From a virus (taxonomy: Duplodnaviria; Caudoviricetes): 64,000 bases of DNA. This document shows, in pieces, positions 45,237 to 54,106 of the stretch. The notes below the pieces were generated by a model, which was not told the DNA's origin, searched no databases, and worked only from the letters and a program-made list of their open reading frames with translations. The stretch's first letter is position 1, and every line of letters starts with the position of its first letter. A program made the translations under genes and the position numbers. The stretch spans positions 1,423 through 65,422 of the IMG/VR virus record IMGVR_UViG_3300046514_000337. One strand, written 5' to 3'.

Positions 45237-45680
45237 TCAGTCGTCCCGCTTGTCGGTCGAGGTCTGCAGCGAAGCCCCCGACGGCGCCGTCAGCCGGGCA
45301 GCCGACGTCATGGGCGACGTGTCCGCACCAATCCCGCCGCCACGCTTGCGCCCTGGCACGCGGTCCATCCTGTGATGCCGCGGGGCCTTTCCATCAACGT
45401 GCATCGGCATCGAGCCATGATGCACACCGCCGCCGCGCTTCAGTGCGATCGGGCCGCCTTGCTGCAGCACAATCGGGCCGCCTTGGGCGCGCTTGTGATG
45501 CTTCGCCCGGCCGCCGTGCTTGTGGCCGCCGTACCCGCCGGCCATGGCGTCCTTCTCGGTCTTCGACCCGACCGCGTTGTACTTCTGCGATCCGCGGCCT
45601 TCCTTCTCGTCCTCGGCCAGCTCCTCCATGCGCGACTCCTCAGCACCGCCGCCAGAAGCCCTCTTGTGGTGTGCCATCAA
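45237..45680 (-). CDS. basic His/Gly-rich AxGG-repeat protein
   Basis: Strong SD; six xxGG motifs. Confidence 0.7.
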   Translation of the reverse strand: MMAHHKRASGGGAEESRMEELAEDEKEGRGSQKYNAVGSKTEKDAMAGGYGGHKHGGRAKHHKRAQGGPIVLQQGGPIALKRGGGVHHGSMPMHVDGKAPRHHRMDRVPGRKRGGGIGADTSPMTSAARLTAPSGASLQTSTDKRDD

Positions 45681-45692
45681 CTGGCCTCCTTA

Positions 45693-46964
45693 TTAAAACT
45701 GCGCGTTGCCCATGAGCGAGGTCGCGCTCACGGCATTCGCCAAGATCATCTCCGACAGCGAGTTCCGCACGCCCATCGAAAGAATGACGCCCGTGAATGC
45801 CGTGCCTGAGTGGGATCCGTTCGAGGCGGTCGAGCCGATGCCTCCGCCGAGGCCGCCGATCGCCGATGTCTGGATCGTGCCGCGCACATCAGCCGTCGTG
45901 GCCGTGCTCGCCGTGCCGGAGGCCAGACCTGCAGTGAAGCCCGTGGCAGCCACGTTCATGCCAGCGTTCCACCAAACCTCGGTGTTCTCGATCTGCGCCG
46001 CCCTCGTCGCGAAGCCGAATACATCCGATGTGCCCACCGCATAGGTGTAAGTAGCATCAGTGAAGGCCGGTGTCACTGACGCAATGTACTTGAACGCCTT
46101 GATGCCATAGGTCGTGACCGATGTGCCCGGCACGCTCGTGATCGTCTCCGTCATGGCCTGGCCGTAGACGTCGTAGCCCTTGACGGTAAGCGCGCCGCCA
46201 GCGCCCAGCGCGTTGTTGCAGGTGATGACCACGCCCCGCGCAATCGCCTGCCGCGGATCGAGGAACAGCCCGGGCCCCGAGGCAAAGTAAGGAGCCGCCG
46301 CCGTAGGCACGCCTGCCGAGCCGCCTTCGATCGGCTGCCAGATATTGCCCGTGCCAACCCGTGCGCCGCCTGTCGCCGCCGAAAACGGCGCCGTGCTCGT
46401 CATCACCGCTACCGTCGCCGAGGTGATGCTCTGCACCGTCGTCATCCACGGCGTGGTGGTCGTCGCGATGGCCGCAAACACCAGCGGCATGCCGGGCACC
46501 AGCACCGACGTATCCGCAAATGTCACGTTGGCCGAGCCACTCACCAGCGTGGCCAGCCCAAACCCGAAGTCGAGGCACAGCGCCGGCGTGACGATCGTCT
46601 GACCGCCGTATCCGTTGCCCGTTGCCGATATCGGCGAAATCGGGATGTTCGCCACCGCGCCGAAGGACGGCACCGCCAGCGTCATCGCTACGCCGCTCGC
46701 CACCGTATGCGCAGCCGCAATATTTGTGGTGAGGTGCGCCGCTGGCGTTCCAACCGCCGAGCGGTAAAGCGCGGCATTGAACAGCGCCGGAGCAATGCCC
46801 TTAAAGCCCCCCGCGCGTTCCTTGTCGAAGATAAACCGCGGATCGGGCACGCCGTAGCCGTGGTAGAACATCGACGGGCCGAGACCCTGCTCGCCGCCCG
46901 CGACGCCGCCCGCAGAGAGCGAGCCGTAGGCAACGAACGGGCCTTGACCACCTGTCATTGCCAT
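45693..46964 (-). CDS. putative capsid-associated structural protein
   Basis: 423-aa beta-rich ORF directly after the major capsid gene. Confidence 0.7.
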   Translation of the reverse strand: MAMTGGQGPFVAYGSLSAGGVAGGEQGLGPSMFYHGYGVPDPRFIFDKERAGGFKGIAPALFNAALYRSAVGTPAAHLTTNIAAAHTVASGVAMTLAVPSFGAVANIPISPISATGNGYGGQTIVTPALCLDFGFGLATLVSGSANVTFADTSVLVPGMPLVFAAIATTTTPWMTTVQSITSATVAVMTSTAPFSAATGGARVGTGNIWQPIEGGSAGVPTAAAPYFASGPGLFLDPRQAIARGVVITCNNALGAGGALTVKGYDVYGQAMTETITSVPGTSVTTYGIKAFKYIASVTPAFTDATYTYAVGTSDVFGFATRAAQIENTEVWWNAGMNVAATGFTAGLASGTASTATTADVRGTIQTSAIGGLGGGIGSTASNGSHSGTAFTGVILSMGVRNSLSEMILANAVSATSLMGNAQF

Positions 46965-47013
46965 TTCAGGCGCTCCTTAGTTGGCAGGTCATGCTATTTC
47001 TTCCCCACCACGG

Positions 47014-47928
47014 TCAAGATGTGGGGAACGTGCCCCAAATACCTCTTGGGTTTTTATACCCAGCAAAGTACCTTTCGTAGCCTTTCACTAATAGGTTATC
47101 AGTCGAGTCATCCACCCACATGGACATCTCGAACTCCTGCCGCTGCAGGTAGAGCAGCCCGTCGTAGTTCGTCTGCACGAACCAGGCGAAGTTCGACGTG
47201 AAGAAGTCCATGACCTCGTAGCCGTCGGGGAGCGAGCCGGTGGCGCGCATGGCGTTGGCATCGTTGTCCGCGGTGCCGGGGCGCAGCGTCGTGTGCCACA
47301 GGCGCGCGGCGACCCACTCGTTGTAGGGATGCACGAGCAGCCGGCGCCCCCGCCAGAAGCCCTTCAGGCCCGCTTGATCGCGGAACAGCGTGCGGATCGA
47401 GGTGAGTGCGGTGAGGAGCGCCGCTTCGTTCAGGTCGAGTTGCGCGCTCGACGGCGTGTTCGCCCAGGTGCCATAGTCGTAGGGATGCGACGCGGAGCAC
47501 ATGGCCACGCCGTCCCCCTGGACCGCACCATTATAGACATTGGCGGTGTTCAGGACGTTGGCAGCCTGGATTTCCTTGTACTGCGCGAAGCTCTCGTGCA
47601 AGCCAAGGTTGGAGGCCGGGAACTCCGCTTCATACAGGTTGTCGTCGATCGCCTTGCGGGTGATGGCGTAGCCCAGCCCCACCTCGAAGTGCTCGTGGTT
47701 ATAGATGAAGCGCTCGCCGGCGTTGTTGTCCATGTAGGTCGCGGCGCCCTCGGTCTTGAGAGCAGCGAGACCCATGTAGCGGTTCTCGGCGGTGCGCTCG
47801 ATGCCGAGGTTCGACTTGCCTTGCCAGAAGATTTTGCTCCACTGAGTCGGGATCTGCTCGTATTTGCCTTCGATGCCGCGGAGGCCGGGGCGGGTGAGGT
47901 CGTAGATGGAGGCGACTGAAATGGCCAT
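47014..47928 (-). CDS. major capsid protein (HK97 fold)
   Basis: MAI.....L.RPGL; K.EG....D; GLGYAIT.KAIDDNLY; GDGV...SASHP; KGYERY; strongest codon bias. Confidence 0.88.
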   Translation of the reverse strand: MAISVASIYDLTRPGLRGIEGKYEQIPTQWSKIFWQGKSNLGIERTAENRYMGLAALKTEGAATYMDNNAGERFIYNHEHFEVGLGYAITRKAIDDNLYEAEFPASNLGLHESFAQYKEIQAANVLNTANVYNGAVQGDGVAMCSASHPYDYGTWANTPSSAQLDLNEAALLTALTSIRTLFRDQAGLKGFWRGRRLLVHPYNEWVAARLWHTTLRPGTADNDANAMRATGSLPDGYEVMDFFTSNFAWFVQTNYDGLLYLQRQEFEMSMWVDDSTDNLLVKGYERYFAGYKNPRGIWGTFPTS

Positions 47929-47940
47929 TGCTTCGCCTCC

Positions 47941-48585
47941 TTATGCGACTGCTGTGACGGTGCGGGTTTCGGCGAAGTTGAACATCACCACCACCCAGTT
48001 GTAGGCGGTCGTGTCGTCCACACCCGGAGAGCCCACCTCGAGGAAGTCACTGGCAAGGCCAACGATGCGGAAGGGCAGCGTCGTGCCCGCCGAAGCGACC
48101 GCCGTGAAAAGATCGATGTAGCAGGACGACTGCCCGGTCGTGGTGTTGCCGACGTTCGAGGCGCCCGTGTAGTTGATGTCCACGGTATTGCCGACGTTGG
48201 CGATCGTGGCTGGGCTGACGGTGCCGCTCGAGGCCCCGGTCTGCGCGAGAAACCGCGCGTTGGGGTTCGTGAAGATATTGGCCGGGAACGGGTTGGCGAG
48301 GGCGTCGCTCGTGCCCGGCCAGAACTTCGACATCACCGGGATTTTCCCGGCGATGGAGTAGTATTCGCAGTCCCAGAAGACGCCGGCCGCCTGGGCGCTT
48401 GAGCCCGCCGCCATCTGGCGGATGTAGCCGGCCTCCGTGGAGGTGCCCGTGACGACCGGATCGCCGCGAAAGATCGCGGTCGTGTCGGTCTTCAGGATTT
48501 TCCGGGGATTGAAGCTGAAGTTCGTGACCGTGCCGTCGCCAGACCAGAGCGGCATCAGGCCGAATGGAAGATTGGTGTTTGCCAC
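47941..48585 (-). CDS. capsid decoration/cement protein
   Basis: ANTNLPFGL.P, TAIFRGDPV, TLPFRIVG; immediately upstream of the major capsid gene. Confidence 0.7.
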   Translation of the reverse strand: MANTNLPFGLMPLWSGDGTVTNFSFNPRKILKTDTTAIFRGDPVVTGTSTEAGYIRQMAAGSSAQAAGVFWDCEYYSIAGKIPVMSKFWPGTSDALANPFPANIFTNPNARFLAQTGASSGTVSPATIANVGNTVDINYTGASNVGNTTTGQSSCYIDLFTAVASAGTTLPFRIVGLASDFLEVGSPGVDDTTAYNWVVVMFNFAETRTVTAVA

Positions 48586-48599
48586 GGGCAACAGCCTCC

Positions 48600-48725
48600 A
48601 TCGCTCGGAAGCTGGTGGCGGGCTCCGCCTGGGCTACCGATGATGAGGCTTGGTTCCCGGCATGGGAACGGTCGCGGCCGACGCGGCGGCCAGACCCCTC
48701 GAATGCCTCCAGCGCGGAGGCGGCG
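48600..48725 (-). other. structured leader with three tandem GC hairpins
   Basis: Stems at 48653-48669, 48676-48691 and 48705-48721. Confidence 0.6.
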
Positions 48726-48845
48726 GGACGTTAGGCGCAAGCGGTGAGACAGGTCAAGCTAATTGTTCTAGAGAAAGCGGGGAGGCAGTGGTTCCCGCCG
48801 CTGGCCTCCCCTAAGCCTGCACCCTTATGCAGAAGGATGCAGCTA

Positions 48846-49201
48846 TGAGCGTCGTAGAAATACGCGAAACCACCGTAACACAGGATTTATCTGGCGCAAT
48901 CGTTCAGCTTCGGATTTCCGACGCAAAGCTGCCAGACGACCCTGCCGAAATTCGTCTAACCATTCAGGCGGCAGTTCCGGCATTCGAACTGCCTTTGCTC
49001 GCACAGGTTCAGGGGGATGCGCTAAAGGCAGCATCATCTGTACCACGTGTTGCCGAGGCTTGCGCCCGTCATTTTCCCTCCGTTACTCTCAGCGCACGTC
49101 AAGAGGATTGTTGCTGCGGGCCGGAGTATACACCGGCTATGGCGGTGTTCCTCCGCCTCGGCATGCCGGCGATCAACCCGGCTTTCGGCAATGTAGTCTA
49201 G
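48846..49201 (+). CDS. antisense hypothetical ORF (moron-like, possibly degraded)
   Basis: Protein-like N-terminal half with lower GC; C-terminal half looks off-frame. Confidence 0.4.
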
Positions 49202-49257
49202 CCTTTCCGCGCGTGTCCTCTCCACGCCGCCGCAGCGTCTACGCTATACCACGAAAC

Positions 49258-49836
49258 TTACTCAATAGCCATCCCATCGCTGATCGGCATCCGCGTCACG
49301 CGCACGCTCGGCGCGATGCCCGGATGGTTCCGTGGCCCGGTGCCAGACGGTGCCGTCGCCAGCATGGCGTTCGCGTTCTGCTTCGCCAGCTTCGACTTCA
49401 GGTATGCGCCACGATGGCGGTTGTATGCCTCGTTCTCCGGCAGTTCGTAGAGCCGCTGACCCTCAAGTTCGATCGCGCCCTGATGGCCAGGCGGCATGAA
49501 CAACCCATCATGCCGTGAGGCCGGCACGGGCCGCCAGCCATTGCGCTCGGCCCGCTGCGCACGGCGGTTCGTGTCCGGCATGCCGTAGACTTCGGTGCGA
49601 AACCACTGGTACACCATGCCGGCGGGGATGATTTCCTCCGGCACCTCGAACTGCAGCGTCTCGTCCTCAAAGCCGCGCGCGATGATCTCCTCGTCCGTCA
49701 GGCGGCGCGATTGCAGACCATGCGGCTGCAGCGGCTCGCTGAGCGGCTTCTGCGCCGCCGTCAGCTCAGCATCCATAACGCTGGCGTCGAGACGGAGCGG
49801 CTTCTTAGCCGAGGGAGCATCAGCCGAGGTGCTCAT
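49258..49836 (-). CDS. head-module hypothetical protein
   Basis: IP.GMVYQW.R..V.G...GWRPVPASRH. Confidence 0.7.
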   Translation of the reverse strand: MSTSADAPSAKKPLRLDASVMDAELTAAQKPLSEPLQPHGLQSRRLTDEEIIARGFEDETLQFEVPEEIIPAGMVYQWFRTEVYGMPDTNRRAQRAERNGWRPVPASRHDGLFMPPGHQGAIELEGQRLYELPENEAYNRHRGAYLKSKLAKQNANAMLATAPSGTGPRNHPGIAPSVRVTRMPISDGMAIE

Positions 49837-50804
49837 CGTGCGTTCCTCCACGGATTGCCTCTCTTGAAGCCCTCGCTCCCAGTGGCCTGCTCCATGCGCA
49901 ACGCCTCAGCCCAGGACTGTGATACGAGCTGCATGTCGGGCACCTGCCGCCCATTCTCCTTCTTCGTAAAGCCCCATACCTTCATGGCGTGATCCACGAA
50001 CTCCTTGGGAATGTGATCTCCTCTCGGGCGCGTTTGGCTGTGGAGAGAAGCCGTCTGCCGTCCGGGCGCGGCCTGCGGAATCTGGCGCTGGCCACCGTTG
50101 GGAGGTGCCGGCTGCTCTGGATTGGTCAACCCTGCTGTCCTTTCGACGAACTGGAAATACTCCGGACTGTTTTGAGTGAGACCGCTCCCCATCGCGAGAG
50201 AATGAGCGCCGACAACACGAGCCTGGAACGCCGGATCGGTGTAGAACAGCGGACGGCCATCGGAGCCTACGTGGCTTCGTATCCAAGTCGCCGCCCGGGC
50301 ATCGCGCGTTGCCAGATCGGCTTCAATCGGATCGGCACCATCCTGCGGCTGTTGTTGCCTAGGCTGTTGCGCTGGCTCGCGAAGCTGCTGATTGCGCCGC
50401 GCCTCCATCTCCCGCTTGCCGGCCTCGAGTTGCGTAATCCGCGCTCCCACCTGCCCGGCCTGCACCGACAGATCCGCCACCTTCTCGAAATCGCCGGCTT
50501 CACCGGCAGCCTTCATCTGCCCCCGGATCAGATCGGCCTGGCGCAACTCGGCATCAAGCGCATTGCTGACTGAGGCGAAGTCCGATGTCTCCCGCTCCTG
50601 CGTGACGGTCTGCAACTGCTCGGTGACGTTGGCGACCTGCGCTTGCGCCGACCGGAGGCTCGCCTGATAGCGCCGTTCACGCTCGACGCGATCCGTCTCG
50701 AACTGCGCCTTGATCGCATCGATGGACGTAGCGGGGTCGGCGGGATCTGGCTTGTCGTCGATCGGTTCTTGTTCGGGCGGGGCGGCTTCTGCTGTTTCGC
50801 TCAT
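49833..50804 (-). CDS. scaffolding-like protein
   Basis: Acidic coiled coil; A.EAGDFEK; upstream of the capsid genes. Confidence 0.7.
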   Translation of the reverse strand: MSETAEAAPPEQEPIDDKPDPADPATSIDAIKAQFETDRVERERRYQASLRSAQAQVANVTEQLQTVTQERETSDFASVSNALDAELRQADLIRGQMKAAGEAGDFEKVADLSVQAGQVGARITQLEAGKREMEARRNQQLREPAQQPRQQQPQDGADPIEADLATRDARAATWIRSHVGSDGRPLFYTDPAFQARVVGAHSLAMGSGLTQNSPEYFQFVERTAGLTNPEQPAPPNGGQRQIPQAAPGRQTASLHSQTRPRGDHIPKEFVDHAMKVWGFTKKENGRQVPDMQLVSQSWAEALRMEQATGSEGFKRGNPWRNAR

Positions 50805-51367
50805 CAGAACACCACATCCGGCCGCGACACTGGCATTTTGATCGCCCGCTCATTCACGAAGTGCAGGCAGTTCACGCCGTTGATCGAAAGCCTGAACCCG
50901 TTGGCATCACCGCGGCGGAAGATCACCCAGTCATTCACCTCGAACTTGTCGGCGTCGGTCCACGTCAGTTGGGGCGTCTCCTCGAAACACCGCGCCCCCA
51001 TCTTCAGCACCAGCCCAACATGGCCCTGGTAGATGTCCTCATCGAGAACCCGATCAGGCCGCTGGATGCTTTCCCACGGGAACTTGTCGGGCCGCTTGTA
51101 CACCGCCACCAGAACCGCGTTCAGCGTCACCCGCACCGTATTCAGCGCCCACCCGACTTGATCGCGAATACGCTGCTTTTCGGACTCAAAGAACGCCATC
51201 GCCTCCGCCGTGTTGGGGCCGACCTCGACGCCAGGAACACGCTGCGGCGGGGCATCCTCGGCTTCTGCAGCAGCCATCGCGGCCGCACGCTGTTCCTCCG
51301 CCCGCCGCGCGTTCCGCTCCTGCATCCGCGCCTCACCGATATGCCTCGGCAACACCAAACTAGACAC
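50804..51367 (-). CDS. GroES-like co-chaperonin
   Basis: VLV...VGLVLKMG..CF...EVNDWVIF...INGV....NE..I. Confidence 0.7.
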   Translation of the reverse strand: MSSLVLPRHIGEARMQERNARRAEEQRAAAMAAAEAEDAPPQRVPGVEVGPNTAEAMAFFESEKQRIRDQVGWALNTVRVTLNAVLVAVYKRPDKFPWESIQRPDRVLDEDIYQGHVGLVLKMGARCFEETPQLTWTDADKFEVNDWVIFRRGDANGFRLSINGVNCLHFVNERAIKMPVSRPDVVF

Positions 51368-51668
51368 CGTACAGCGGCTCCTTCTTTTCTACGGCCTCGG
51401 GCTCGCCGCTCGCCTCGCGCTCAGCCTCCCTGATGGCCTTCAATGCGTTCGAGTACCCGCGCAGTTCCCCTACCGCCTCGCGATAGGCTTCCAGCGTTGG
51501 GAGCGTGCCTTCCGTCAGCGCGCCGCGCACCCGCTCGGAATGCTCCTGCAATAGGCGCGTCAACCGGCCAATGACCGTCTGCTCGGCGTAGGTCAGCGAC
51601 GGCTTCGGCTGCGGGATAACCCCCTGTTTGAGAGGCGCCCAGGCGTCGGGGTTGAGATCGATCCTCAT
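51360..51668 (-). CDS. hypothetical head-module protein
   Basis: YR..VG.LRG...AL..I helical motif. Confidence 0.65.
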   Translation of the reverse strand: MRIDLNPDAWAPLKQGVIPQPKPSLTYAEQTVIGRLTRLLQEHSERVRGALTEGTLPTLEAYREAVGELRGYSNALKAIREAEREASGEPEAVEKKEPLYGV

Positions 51669-51684
51669 TGTTTCACGTGAAACA
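51669..51684. promoter_or_regulatory. parS site TGTTTCACGTGAAACA
   Basis: Second perfect copy; intergenic, abutting the ATG at 51668. Confidence 0.85.
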
Positions 51685-51695
51685 TTTGGCAGACC

Positions 51696-52250
51696 CTAGT
51701 CAATCCGCATCTCTTTCTTTTGGGCAATCGACTTCTCGATCCGCCCCAACCCGCCGCCCGAGCCGGCATCCATCTTCGGCGGCTTCACCGCGCCGCCGCC
51801 CTTCATTCCAGGCGGGCGCATACCGGGCGGCGGTGGCATCCCGCCAGGGGGCGAACCCATCGGACGCGGCGGCATAGCGCCCGGGGGCATTCCACCCGGC
51901 GGTCCACCGGGCGGACCCCCCGGAGGCCCACCCATCTGCGGCATCGGAGGCCGCGCCGGAACCGGAACCGGCACCGCCTGCGGAGCGGACTGCTGCGCCG
52001 GTGGCACCAGCACGTTCACGCTCACATGCGCCTTCCCCTTGTGGCGATCGGCGCGCTTCTTGCTCGCACCACCCTCCACCGCCCCACCGTCAGCGTAGCC
52101 GGCACGATGATCCGGCTTCGAGTGATGCTTGCCGTGCGTCCCAGTGCGGGCATGGGGCACAGAACCCCCGCGACTTACCCCTGCCCGTTCCGCAATCCGC
52201 CCACCGCGAGCCTCGGCGCACGCCGAACGCATGCTGCGATAGTCAGTCAT
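51696..52250 (-). CDS. Pro/Gly-rich AxGG-repeat protein
   Basis: ARGGRI, SRGGSV, ADGGAV, KGGGAV; ends AGSGGGLGRIEK. Confidence 0.7.
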   Translation of the reverse strand: MTDYRSMRSACAEARGGRIAERAGVSRGGSVPHARTGTHGKHHSKPDHRAGYADGGAVEGGASKKRADRHKGKAHVSVNVLVPPAQQSAPQAVPVPVPARPPMPQMGGPPGGPPGGPPGGMPPGAMPPRPMGSPPGGMPPPPGMRPPGMKGGGAVKPPKMDAGSGGGLGRIEKSIAQKKEMRID

Positions 52251-53085
52251 GTGATGTCCTTCCATCAAAGACGGCAGTTCCGTCCTTATCAAGATATAGC
52301 GGTGGAACCGAGGGCCGGACCGGCGGGACAAGCTCTATTGGCCCTCCGTGCAGCTTCATCAACGCATCCATCGCCGCAATGAGGTAATCCGTTGGATCAC
52401 GCAACCCAACCCGCAACGGTTTCCCATCCTCCCCGATACGGCAACGCATCCCATTCTTTAGTGCCTGCGCCACTTGGCTGGCAGCCTCGAATGCAATGGA
52501 TGCCTCAGCCATCACGCACTCCCCTGCAGGTTGTCGAGAATTGCAGCCTGTTCGGCCCAGTTCGTCACAGCCTCGAACGCCTCATCGCACATGCAATGAA
52601 CCTCCAAAAACACGTCCGCCCCGGTTACAGACCGCAACACCGGGAATTTGCGAACGATGCCCTCGATTAAGTCCAACAGCGTCAGCCCGCGGTCATAGAG
52701 CGCGGCAATTTCCTCGGGAACCTCAGCACCGCAGGCGACTGCCATATCGAGAACAGCACGAGAGCATTCCCGCTGTTCCGCTCCCGCAGCAAGCAACGCC
52801 TGCAAGCGCTCTTCGTGCGACCGCTCAACCATCGGACACCCATAGGCGCTTCCACTGCCGCGCCCGACCCTTCACCCTGTCGCCCCCGTAATCCATGAAA
52901 GCAACCAGCGTGTCGCCCAGCACCCGCCAGCGGTACGGGCCCTGGTCGTAAACAACCTCGCCATTCGTGCCCGCCCATCGCGCGGCTTTCGCCGGAATGG
53001 GCGGGACATCAGCCCGGGAAATGAAGACACAGCCCTCTGGCATCATGTCCCGGTGCCCGAGATCAATGATTAGCGTTACGCTCAC
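52243..53085 (-). CDS. three small coupled hypothetical ORFs (52243-52515, 52512-52832, 52825-53085)
   Basis: Overlapping stops and starts. Confidence 0.55.
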
Positions 53086-53789
53086 GCGCCCGCCGGCACC
53101 GCCGCCGTTGTCTCGAAACTCCCAGAGACACCCGACACGCCAGGATTGGCACGATCACGAACCGCCAGCACATGCGATCCAGCCGCCGGCGCCGCTGCCT
53201 TGAACGACCACTTCTCCGCTTCGATAGTGGCACCCTCCGCCGGGACCCACCCGCTGCCGTCGAACTCGTAATCCAGCGCAGCCGGTGCTGCACCAGCATA
53301 CGTGCCGGTGTAGGTCGTCTCAGTCCCCGCCACTGCAGCAGCCGGCAGATCAACCACGATGGCCTCCTTACCCACGACCGGCGCCGTACCCGCAAAAAGT
53401 GCGTGGACATCCGTCGCCAGCACCGCGATCGTACAGTTACCGCGCGCCGCAACGCCAGCCTTCGCTGCCAGTTCGAGATCCAGAAGATCAGCCGCCGTCG
53501 GCTCCGTCGCCCGCCAAACCGTCCATTCGAGGTTGCCCTCAACGTAGAACTCCACGAGGAACCCAACCTTCTGCCGACCGCTCCTGACGACGATCGTAGG
53601 CAGAACCACCGGAAGAGCCTCCCGCGCCTTCTCCGCCGCCGCAGCGCGCTCCTCCGCCGCCGCCTGCTTCTCCTTGGCCGCGGCATCGGCCTTGGCCTTC
53701 ACCGCATTCGGATCGCTGCCAACCGCCGCCGACGGCGTAGGGATGGGCGGCCAGATCGTAGCGGTCGGCGTAGTGAGGGTCGTTGACAT
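53082..53789 (-). CDS. protein with C-terminal Ig-like domain
   Basis: TGTYAGAAPAALDYEFDG...WSF...AGSHVLAVRD; strong SD. Confidence 0.7.
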   Translation of the reverse strand: MSTTLTTPTATIWPPIPTPSAAVGSDPNAVKAKADAAAKEKQAAAEERAAAAEKAREALPVVLPTIVVRSGRQKVGFLVEFYVEGNLEWTVWRATEPTAADLLDLELAAKAGVAARGNCTIAVLATDVHALFAGTAPVVGKEAIVVDLPAAAVAGTETTYTGTYAGAAPAALDYEFDGSGWVPAEGATIEAEKWSFKAAAPAAGSHVLAVRDRANPGVSGVSGSFETTAAVPAGA

Positions 53790-53851
53790 GCTATTTAGCC
53801 TCCTGATGCCGGGGAACTACCCGGAGTTGTAGGGGAAGATAGCGGGTTGCC

Positions 53852-54106
53852 TCAAGCTCGTGCATCCCAAAACCAATAACGACGGTTGCCATCGCGGGCA
53901 TACATCAGATTCGAGAGCCAATCGCCCTCAAACCATGTTTGAACGCCATCAGCGCGTCGCTTAATGTCCAATTCCTTCCGGGGATGAAGCTCCGCCAGAA
54001 GATCGCGGCCGTTCACATGGCTGAAACTGGCATGTACAAGCGCATCAAAGCGCTTTTGCTTCTCGTCCGCCGACAGAGCCAGTAATTCAGCTTTGGTAGC
54101 CATCAT
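53852..54106 (-). CDS. hypothetical protein
   Basis: MMATKAELL..., coupled to the portal stop. Confidence 0.5.
   Translation of the reverse strand: MMATKAELLALSADEKQKRFDALVHASFSHVNGRDLLAELHPRKELDIKRRADGVQTWFEGDWLSNLMYARDGNRRYWFWDARA

Noticed and set aside
48843-49225. Minus-strand ORFs 49034-49225 and 48843-49046 as a third bridge over an antisense gene
   Set aside because: Not coupled to flanking genes; the downstream gene has its own leader and SD
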